Below, in pieces: positions 39,886 to 47,614 of a stretch of 64,000 nucleotides of DNA. Every line of letters begins with the position of its first letter. The stretch's first letter is position 1. The translations under genes were made by a program, and so were the position numbers. The DNA is taken from sequence record MW749006.1, one strand, 5' to 3'. The notes beneath the pieces were generated by a model. The model saw only the letters and a program-made list of their open reading frames with translations. It had not been told where the DNA came from and searched no databases.

Positions 39886-39943
39886 ATGTCAACTACCCCT
39901 CCCCCCCCCCGGGGAAGGAAGGGTCTCCATGGAGTACAGTTTT
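39886..39943 (+). mobile_element. 58-bp internally deleted (ends-only) derivative of the IsrB element
   Basis: ATGTCAACTACCCCT matches 9779-9793 exactly; GGAAGGGTCTCCATGGAGTA closely matches the right end GGAAGGGGTCACCATGGAGTA at 11189-11209; the two are joined by a C10 run. Confidence 0.75.
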
Positions 39944-41107
39944 ATGAAACCAACACAACTAGATCTAATAGAACCAAACCCTTTTGAGGGTATGGACGAT
40001 AAACAAATTATCGAACACATGTTAAAAGAAGACTATTTACCGTTACTAAGATACGTAGTTAATCCCACTGAACGAGTTATTGTTGAAGCTTTAACTATTA
40101 ATGGAATGAACTTACGTTGGGTAAAGGAACAAACTCCTTACCTATGTAGTCTAGCTGTTAAACAGAACGGATACTCTATTCAATGGGTTAAAGATCAAAC
40201 AGAAGAACTCAAGTGGTTAGCTTTAAGGGAGAACGCTGAGTGCTATCGTTTCATTAAAGAACCCACCGAAGAAATGAGTATCTTTATGGTTTCTGACTCC
40301 GACATTAAACCTTCTTTAGATATGGTTAAGAATCAAACTAAAGAGATCTGTTTAGCTGCCGTTGAAACTTTTGGATACAATCTACGTTATGTTGAAGAAC
40401 AAACTGAAGAGATGTGTTTGTTAGCAGTTAAACAAGACGGATTTAACATACGGTATGTGAGAGATCAAACAGAAGAAATCTGTATGGAAGCTATCGCTAA
40501 TGAACCAGACTCACTAATGTACGTTAAAGAACAAACCGAAAAGATGTGTTATTTAGCAGTGTCTAAAGCACCAAATCTAGTTAAGTATGTTAAGAAACAA
40601 ACATTACCTATCTGTATGGTTGCTGTAACTAAAAGTCACTTTACATTGAAGTACATTAGAAACCAAAATGTAGCTATCTGTATGACTGCTGTTATTCAAG
40701 ACGGGAGAGCCTTACAGTACGTAAGAGAGCAAACTGAGGAGATCTGTATAGAAGCTATTACTAATCACCCAGACTCCTTTAAACACGTTCACAGACAGAC
40801 TCCTAAGGTATGTTTGCTAGCTGTTAAACTAAACCCTTATCTGTTATGTGAAGTACAAGACCAAACAGAAGAAATCTGTATGGAAGCTATCCAGAATAAC
40901 CCTTTAGTTATCTCACACATGTGGTTTCAAACTGAGAAGTTATGTATGGACGCTGTAAGGTTAGACTCTAGTGCAATTGAACGTGTAAGAAACCAAACAG
41001 AAGAAATGTGTCGGTTAGCATATGAGAATAACCCAAAGACTATTATTTGGATCCGAGACTCAAATGTAGTCTCTAAACTTATTAACGAAACATCCCAGTC
41101 TAATTAG
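39944..41107 (+). CDS. DUF4116-like protein with more than 12 tandem 24-aa repeats
   Basis: QTEEICMEAI..N...L.YV repeats; start at ATG 39944 spaced correctly from GGAG (track start 39929 overlaps the RBS). Confidence 0.75.
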   Translation: MKPTQLDLIEPNPFEGMDDKQIIEHMLKEDYLPLLRYVVNPTERVIVEALTINGMNLRWVKEQTPYLCSLAVKQNGYSIQWVKDQTEELKWLALRENAECYRFIKEPTEEMSIFMVSDSDIKPSLDMVKNQTKEICLAAVETFGYNLRYVEEQTEEMCLLAVKQDGFNIRYVRDQTEEICMEAIANEPDSLMYVKEQTEKMCYLAVSKAPNLVKYVKKQTLPICMVAVTKSHFTLKYIRNQNVAICMTAVIQDGRALQYVREQTEEICIEAITNHPDSFKHVHRQTPKVCLLAVKLNPYLLCEVQDQTEEICMEAIQNNPLVISHMWFQTEKLCMDAVRLDSSAIERVRNQTEEMCRLAYENNPKTIIWIRDSNVVSKLINETSQSN

Positions 41108-41114
41108 GATAGTT

Positions 41115-41579
41115 ATGCAGGAACAAACTAACGAAACAACTAAAATAGATTTCGATAATCTTAGTAGCGGTGTATTACTTACAGTGATACGTTCCAACGG
41201 TCTTAATCTTGAACACCTTACAGATAAAACTTTATCTTTATGTATGGAAGCAGTTATCTCTAACCCTCTTAGCATTGTGTTTGTTCCTGAAGACATGTTA
41301 GATATCTGTAGAGTAATGTGTACAATAGGTGAATTGAAGAAACAGATACAGACAGTGTTGGTTGAAACTCGTAAACAGTTCAATGTTAGTAAATGGACCA
41401 TTGAAGAGTTAGATATTGAGTTATCTAAAGCTATTAAACCAATAAAGATACGTCGTGATGGAGAGTTCTATATTAGTATTTACTCCATGAGCGATTACGT
41501 CTCCACTGGTAATGTTAAGATTTACATCGAACACACTGTAACTGAGATCTCTAAGATCTTTGAGCTAAAGATCAAATAA
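41115..41579 (+). CDS. Hypothetical protein with 1-2 DUF4116-like repeats
   Basis: NGLNLEHLTDKTLSLCMEAVISNPLSIVFVPE. Confidence 0.6.
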   Translation: MQEQTNETTKIDFDNLSSGVLLTVIRSNGLNLEHLTDKTLSLCMEAVISNPLSIVFVPEDMLDICRVMCTIGELKKQIQTVLVETRKQFNVSKWTIEELDIELSKAIKPIKIRRDGEFYISIYSMSDYVSTGNVKIYIEHTVTEISKIFELKIK

Positions 41580-41584
41580 ACTAT

Positions 41585-41623
41585 AACCACTCCCAGGGCT
41601 ACCCTAGGAGTGGTTTATTCTTT
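41585..41623 (+). terminator. Intrinsic terminator
   Basis: AACCACTCC(C)AGGG-CTA-CCCTAGGAGTGGTT followed by TATTCTTT. Confidence 0.7.
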
Positions 41624-41722
41624 ACGTAGTGGGATGTAATACAAACACATATATAGTAAGTAGTGTGGGTAATGTTTATTTTACTTACATGTTAATAGCT
41701 TGACTAACTGGAGTGAAAGATA

Positions 41723-43150
41723 ATGGCTGTCAAGTTTGAACTAACTAGCTTTGATAAACTGTTCCACAATCTCAACAATGAGAAAGTGGTAATTAACAAC
41801 ATTGATATCTTCATAGAGGAGAACAAAGAAGTTCTAGATAGTTACATCATGCGTAACTATGATACAGATAACATCAGCACTATTCCTAGCTGTCAGTGCG
41901 GGGAACTGAAAGGTAACTACTATCTTAACACAGTCTGTTCACGTTGTAATAGTAAAGTAACAGCTTCAGTGGAAGATAACATCTCTTTCTTGTTGTGGAG
42001 TAAACAAGTAGAAGGTGTAGAGAAGTTTATATCTCCTTATCTTCTTTCGGTGTTATTAGATCGCTATAAGATCACTCGACCACCAACTGCTATTGTTGAG
42101 TATCTTATCCTACCACCTAACAAGTTAACTAAACGTCAACCCAAACAAAATCTACATCGACTAGAACGATTAGATATGTTACTGGAATCAGCTGGTATCC
42201 CTAAAGGGTATAATAGCTTTATAGCTAACTTCTACACGATCATACCTATTCTTGAGTCTGAGTTTGTAAAAGGACCTAAAGAAGAATCTGAAGAGTTTAT
42301 GCAATGGTTAATAGATAACCAAGCTAACATCTTTAGCGAACACCTACCTTATCCTAACAACATTATGTTTGTTATGGACAGTAATCCGTTAGGACGATTC
42401 ATTGATCGAGAAGTAATCAACCCTATTAACACGATTCGTCGTATGACAGGTATTGATTTACAGACAAGAAGTAATAACATTAAACAACAACGTGTAGCTA
42501 AGAGTTTAGTAGAGCTAAGTAAGTTCTATCACAACTATATGAAATCTAAGATCTTTCCTAAACCAGGTTTGATCCGACAACATATCAGTTCTACACGCAG
42601 TCACTTTACTGCTCGTGGTGTTATTACTAGTATTCCTGGTCCTCATCAGTATGATGAGATCCATTTACCGTGGAGTATGTCAGTAACATTGTTTCGACCG
42701 CATGTAATAAACGGTCTTTACAAACGCGGGTATGGTTACAATCAAGCCATTGCTTTTATGATGGAACACAATCGAACCTATCATCCGTTAATGGATGAGA
42801 TCTTTAATGATATCATTAAAGCTAGTGGTGGTGGTGTGCGTGTTATGTTTAACCGTAACCCAGGTTTACACCGTGGTTCTATTCAGACTGTTCGTGTGAC
42901 TAAGGTAAAGATTGATAGAGACGACAACACTATCAGTATGAGTTACCTTATTGCTAAAAGCTTTAACGCAGACTTTGACGGAGACGCACTTAACTTAGCT
43001 TTAGTGTTATCTGAGAAAGTACAACGTAACCTTGATAACTTTGAACCTCACCATAACCTGTTGAGTCTATCAGGTATTAATGAGTTTAATGATAACATCG
43101 GTTATCCAAAGACTATTACATCTACTTTAGCGAGTTGGTATAATAGTTAA
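41723..43150 (+). CDS. Non-virion RNA polymerase beta' subunit, N-terminal part (phiKZ gp55-like), uninterrupted
   Basis: Zn finger IPSCQCG...VCSRC, RSHFTARGVITS, FNRNPGLHRGSIQ and catalytic NADFDGD. Confidence 0.92.
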   Translation: MAVKFELTSFDKLFHNLNNEKVVINNIDIFIEENKEVLDSYIMRNYDTDNISTIPSCQCGELKGNYYLNTVCSRCNSKVTASVEDNISFLLWSKQVEGVEKFISPYLLSVLLDRYKITRPPTAIVEYLILPPNKLTKRQPKQNLHRLERLDMLLESAGIPKGYNSFIANFYTIIPILESEFVKGPKEESEEFMQWLIDNQANIFSEHLPYPNNIMFVMDSNPLGRFIDREVINPINTIRRMTGIDLQTRSNNIKQQRVAKSLVELSKFYHNYMKSKIFPKPGLIRQHISSTRSHFTARGVITSIPGPHQYDEIHLPWSMSVTLFRPHVINGLYKRGYGYNQAIAFMMEHNRTYHPLMDEIFNDIIKASGGGVRVMFNRNPGLHRGSIQTVRVTKVKIDRDDNTISMSYLIAKSFNADFDGDALNLALVLSEKVQRNLDNFEPHHNLLSLSGINEFNDNIGYPKTITSTLASWYNS

Positions 43151-43173
43151 CTACTAACACAGGAGTAACGTTC

Positions 43174-43506
43174 ATGACTGATGTAAGTGAAGATCAGAAA
43201 CAACTCTACGAAGAAACTCTAAGTAAGATGCGTGTCAAGTTAAAGAAAGAAGGGCGAGTTCTTTTAAACACTTTAGAGATAGAGGAGTTAAAAAGTATAT
43301 CACCTACCTTACTCACTGAGCAATTCGAAAGAGAGTTGAGTGTAGGTATGGAGAAAATGCAACGTAACTCAACTTACGGAGCTTTCCCTGAGTATGTTCC
43401 TGACTTAGATGTTACTATGATGTATCCTAGAACAGTTGAACCACTTAAGTTAAATTTACAAGGTATGTACGGATCACACGCTAAAAAGAATAATGACTTA
43501 GACTAA
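43174..43506 (+). CDS. Hypothetical protein
   Basis: AGGAG RBS, 110 aa. Confidence 0.65.
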   Translation: MTDVSEDQKQLYEETLSKMRVKLKKEGRVLLNTLEIEELKSISPTLLTEQFERELSVGMEKMQRNSTYGAFPEYVPDLDVTMMYPRTVEPLKLNLQGMYGSHAKKNNDLD

Positions 43507-43541
43507 ACACTAACTACCTATATGGTCAGGAGGAATAACTT

Positions 43542-44168
43542 ATGGGTCAAGTACTGAATATATCAGCGCCAGCCCTCGATCACGTTCTCTACGGAGATAA
43601 AAGTCAAGTGGTAGCTAACTATCTAGCTAACCAATTACAAAGTTTACCACCAGCGTTTAACGAACTCTCACAGCGTGTTTATGGAGCTATGCAAACTTCA
43701 TATAACTATGTTACTGATAAGCTTACGCAATATGGTATCTTAAATCAACTACAAGACGCAGGAGTACAAGGAGTAGATAACTACTACACTGGACTATACT
43801 CCTTCCAGCAGCTTCAAGAAGCTAACCTAACTATGCAACGTTGGGTAATGTCTCATCCAGGTGTACGTGAACTATATCTAGAACAGAACATAGATGGATA
43901 TAGCGAATCTTACAACAACGTCTTTGGTAACGAAGTAGGTGTTGAGGATTATAACTATCGTCGTGTGATGGACGGAGTTCCTGTTGATCACGGTACACAG
44001 TTTACAGTAACACATTACGTTGAAGATCTATTAAGTGGTGACCGTGAGTTAGATCATCATGAAAAGAGTCTTATTCTTCATACGTATGATACTATAGACT
44101 GGTTGCTAAAAGAAGGTGACTTTGACTTTACTGTAGATTCAGAAGCACCACCTAAGATAAACAAATAA
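43542..44168 (+). CDS. Conserved Chimalliviridae hypothetical protein
   Basis: AGGAGG RBS; MQRWVMSHPGVRELYLEQNIDGYSESY...DYNYRRVMDG motif. Confidence 0.65.
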   Translation: MGQVLNISAPALDHVLYGDKSQVVANYLANQLQSLPPAFNELSQRVYGAMQTSYNYVTDKLTQYGILNQLQDAGVQGVDNYYTGLYSFQQLQEANLTMQRWVMSHPGVRELYLEQNIDGYSESYNNVFGNEVGVEDYNYRRVMDGVPVDHGTQFTVTHYVEDLLSGDRELDHHEKSLILHTYDTIDWLLKEGDFDFTVDSEAPPKINK

Positions 44169-44179
44169 GAGATAGTGAG

Positions 44180-44386
44180 ATGTCAGATAAAAAGTACTGC
44201 GGTGGAAAGTTAAATAAGGAAGAAGTAGAAGAACTCAATCGACTACTACTAAAGAACAAACTGGACTTACCTCTACACCGTAGAGTAGTTGACTTATCAG
44301 GACGTAATTACGATTGGTTGAAAAAGAACCTAACGTTAAAGAATCCAGATGTCTCTGGTAGACTTAAAGAACTCTTGGGTCTATAG
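44180..44386 (+). CDS. Conserved small jumbo-phage protein
   Basis: LDLPLHRRVVDLSGRNYDWLKKNL motif. Confidence 0.6.
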   Translation: MSDKKYCGGKLNKEEVEELNRLLLKNKLDLPLHRRVVDLSGRNYDWLKKNLTLKNPDVSGRLKELLGL

Positions 44387-44438
44387 TAACAAGAGAGATC
44401 ACACTTCGGTGTGGTCTCTTTCTTTTTTGGAGAAAAAC

Positions 44439-44870
44439 ATGGCTAAAGTAGTACCTTCTTTATCTGACCAAGGTTGGGTAACTAGTACACCTAGAATTCT
44501 AGAGAAAGTCATTAGCTATTATATTACCACTGATGGCGCACAGTCATTAGTGTTTAAAGATAGACTAATTAACCTACCCACTACCTATTTTAAAAATATT
44601 AATGATCCAGATGGTATGGAAAGAGCTTTAAGTTTAGATTTAGAAGAATTGTTAGGGCGTTACTTTGAAGACTCTGATGTGTTGACTGAAGCAATAGAAG
44701 TAAAACCTTCCGAATACGGTATTCTGTTATCCGTTTCAGTTATAGGAGCGGATGGTGTAAAGGCTGATTTACATCGAGTATTAGAAATGAGTGAAACAGG
44801 TTTGCGTAAAGTAATAAACATTAGCAATTACGGTACCGCTAAACAAGCTTTGAATAGTTTAGTGGATTAA
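44439..44870 (+). CDS. Conserved Chimalliviridae hypothetical protein
   Basis: ATG 44439 after GGAG; VPSLSDQGWV...YYITTD...QS motif. Confidence 0.6.
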   Translation: MAKVVPSLSDQGWVTSTPRILEKVISYYITTDGAQSLVFKDRLINLPTTYFKNINDPDGMERALSLDLEELLGRYFEDSDVLTEAIEVKPSEYGILLSVSVIGADGVKADLHRVLEMSETGLRKVINISNYGTAKQALNSLVD

Positions 44871-44892
44871 CTAAATTCAACGGAGACAGATC

Positions 44893-45441
44893 ATGTCACT
44901 AGAAAAACATATAAAGATGCAACAAGACGCTATACACAGTGACATTACCTCAACCAGAGATCATGTCTTCGAAGGTTTAGTTACTAACCTAACTGTGTCT
45001 AGAATTCCAGAAGAACTATTTGTTAATCGTTACTTACCAGCTTTCATGGGTAATCCTCTAGACAACAATTGGGTTGTAGAATGGATTAGCATTGCAGGTA
45101 GTCCAGCTTCAGAAGTTGATGTGTTTAATAGTAGTACTGGAGAAACTTTATATCGAGTACCTCCATTGATGGCTACTAGTAATGTTCTCTTAGGTCAAGA
45201 CGGTGTTAGCTTTACAGCTATCATGGGTCGGTTTGAACAACTATCAACTAACATCCCACAACACGGTATGCGTTTCTTAAATGAAGCTTTAGCTGATAAA
45301 GGGGATCAAGTAGATCCTAACTCGTCTACAGTTATGCAACAATGGCAATATATTCTAGGTAGATACAACTTGTTACCTAGTCAAAGTGTTGCTGTTAATA
45401 GCGATAACGATGATGACATGGATGATTTCTTAGACTATTAA
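44893..45441 (+). CDS. Conserved Chimalliviridae hypothetical protein
   Basis: RIPEELFVNRYLPAF...WISIAGSPASEVDV...LYRVPPL; acidic C-terminal tail. Confidence 0.6.
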   Translation: MSLEKHIKMQQDAIHSDITSTRDHVFEGLVTNLTVSRIPEELFVNRYLPAFMGNPLDNNWVVEWISIAGSPASEVDVFNSSTGETLYRVPPLMATSNVLLGQDGVSFTAIMGRFEQLSTNIPQHGMRFLNEALADKGDQVDPNSSTVMQQWQYILGRYNLLPSQSVAVNSDNDDDMDDFLDY

Positions 45442-45444
45442 TTA

Positions 45445-45478
45445 GCACCTACATCCATGTGCGGGTGTAGGTGTTTTC
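45445..45478 (+). terminator. Intrinsic terminator
   Basis: GCACCTACATCC/GGGTGTAGGTGT followed by TTT. Confidence 0.7.
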
Positions 45479-45517
45479 CATTTTTTGATTTGAGTATTCT
45501 TTTTAAGGAGAGTCGTT

Positions 45518-47164
45518 ATGTCAGGTAACGCTATAGGTGTGATTGGGGCAGACGGTAGTACTCCCATTTATCAACCAGACGCCCGTTGGACTATGTGGAG
45601 TATACATGATATCTACAGAGGTAACTTAGGGAAGAATAAGTTTATTCCTAAGGTTAATGATTGGGTAATTGAACCAGAAACAGGAGATATGTTCTTAGTC
45701 GCTGAGTTGGACTTTATGACATATATTCCAGAGTTAGTACCAGTAACTATACAAAAACAAAAGAGTGTAGACGAGATTACCTCACCTACTAATGACAACT
45801 ATAGAGTCTACTACGATAAGTCAGTTAGTCCTTATACTTTATCTGTAGATGGATTAATGCGAGTTAACGGTTCTAATTCGTCATTTGCAAGAGTGTATCG
45901 TGGTACTACAATAGATCCTACTAAAATTATATCTAGACGTTACGATAATAGCGGTAACTTTATTGGACATGATATTCCTTTAGAAATCGTTGCTTTTAAT
46001 AGTCATGATAATTATGCTATTAAATCCATACCTTCTTGTAATTGCGATATAGAATTACCAGACGGTGAAGTTTGTATTGTTGTAGCATATAACACTAGCG
46101 GTAAAGTTATCAGTAAAGTAACTTGTATTATAGAAGAAACTACTCACGTAGCACAAGCTTATGCAGAACAAAAGTATATCACTCAGATCTTCTTGAAGAG
46201 TGCTTTCATTGATACTACTAACAGTACAGATATATTGTATCCGGTTAACTTACCCACTGCTTCCTTTAACCCCCTCGGTGTAGTTCAATACAACGACGGT
46301 ACACAAGTAGAGTATCCAATTGACGGTAATAAGTTTAACTTGTACGGGTTAGATCAGTTTGTAAGTACTATTATAGGACATAAGGTTCCTATGGTTCTTA
46401 GTTATCGTCTAGATGACACTGAGTCTGCTCTAGCCTCTGTGGATAGTGACGGTGTTTACATTACACGTCCTTATGATCTTAAAGTAAGTCACCCTAACCG
46501 TAGTTATAACGTTAAGTTGTTTGTGTATCCTGTATGGCAAGATCCAGTTAACGGATATACCTACAGAGCTTACATGATGAGTTTAGATCGTAACTTCGTT
46601 ATGGACGTAACTGCTTTCGTTGGTATCTCTAGTAATTCACCTAGCTTTAATCCACTTGCATATGGTGTTACTCAACGAGTTACTTTCACTATAGACTTAG
46701 CTAATGCTTCAAGTATTTACAATCACTTCCTACATGTACAGACTATAGACATTACTTTACGTGGTCCTGCGTCAGATAACAGTATAACTAATATTTGGGA
46801 AGTTGGTTCACAAGTACCTTCTAATACACCTTACTACGGAACTAATCTAATCGCAAGGTTAAATCAGCTAGGTACAGGGTTTACTATTTCAAGTGGTATA
46901 GAAACTAAGGAAGAATTCTTAACTAAAGTCTATAAAACAACATTACCTCTACGCAATCCTTTAACTGAGTTAGAGGAACCAATTCCAACACACATCGAGG
47001 TAAGATATTTAGATGAAGTCAAGCGGGTAACTATTTCTGAATTCAAGAATGTATTCAGTTTTACCAATCCAATTCAACCTCATTCCAATATAGAGATAGT
47101 GTTCTTAAAAGAATCCATCTCAGGCTACCTCAAACTTTCATTAGCGGTTATGACTGTGAGGTAA
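45518..47164 (+). CDS. phiKZ-like virion structural protein (gp26-like, next to terminase)
   Basis: 548 aa, beta-rich; PVNLP...GVVQYNDG, YNVKLFVYPVW motifs; adjacent to terminase. Confidence 0.55.
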   Translation: MSGNAIGVIGADGSTPIYQPDARWTMWSIHDIYRGNLGKNKFIPKVNDWVIEPETGDMFLVAELDFMTYIPELVPVTIQKQKSVDEITSPTNDNYRVYYDKSVSPYTLSVDGLMRVNGSNSSFARVYRGTTIDPTKIISRRYDNSGNFIGHDIPLEIVAFNSHDNYAIKSIPSCNCDIELPDGEVCIVVAYNTSGKVISKVTCIIEETTHVAQAYAEQKYITQIFLKSAFIDTTNSTDILYPVNLPTASFNPLGVVQYNDGTQVEYPIDGNKFNLYGLDQFVSTIIGHKVPMVLSYRLDDTESALASVDSDGVYITRPYDLKVSHPNRSYNVKLFVYPVWQDPVNGYTYRAYMMSLDRNFVMDVTAFVGISSNSPSFNPLAYGVTQRVTFTIDLANASSIYNHFLHVQTIDITLRGPASDNSITNIWEVGSQVPSNTPYYGTNLIARLNQLGTGFTISSGIETKEEFLTKVYKTTLPLRNPLTELEEPIPTHIEVRYLDEVKRVTISEFKNVFSFTNPIQPHSNIEIVFLKESISGYLKLSLAVMTVR

Positions 47165-47166
47165 TT

Positions 47167-47568
47167 ATGTTTAAAAAGATCCGCACTACCATATCCAGAT
47201 GGTTAACACACATACTTATTTATAACGTCATCGTGATAGATAAGAAACAAGTAGCGGACTTTAAGAACTTAGAAATATTTAGTAGTTATACAGTTGAGAC
47301 TGATGTCGGGGTATTTGTTTTTAATTTCAAACGGGACAGACGACTCAAAGGTAAACGAAAAAGGGATAGGTATATCACCTATTATGTTGTAGAGGTAGAT
47401 GTGCCACCTGTTCTTAAAGAACACACCAAAGACGACGGAATGACTATGAAGTCAGTAATCGTTCTTAAAATTATTTTATGGAATATCAAACCAGAAACCT
47501 TGGTTAGATTACTAAGCGATGTTTACATGGATGTACTCATAGCTCGCATACAAGCTAAAAACAGTTAA
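47167..47568 (+). CDS. Hypothetical protein
   Basis: 133 aa, GAGGT RBS. Confidence 0.55.
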   Translation: MFKKIRTTISRWLTHILIYNVIVIDKKQVADFKNLEIFSSYTVETDVGVFVFNFKRDRRLKGKRKRDRYITYYVVEVDVPPVLKEHTKDDGMTMKSVIVLKIILWNIKPETLVRLLSDVYMDVLIARIQAKNS

Positions 47569-47573
47569 CAGAG

Positions 47574-47604
47574 ACCACCACCACCGGGTAACCAGTGGTG
47601 GTGG
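47574..47604. terminator. Bidirectional hairpin between convergent genes
   Basis: ACCACCACCACCGGG-TAAC-CAGTGGTGGTGG, twin of 16797. Confidence 0.65.
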
Positions 47605-47614
47605 ATACTCTTTA

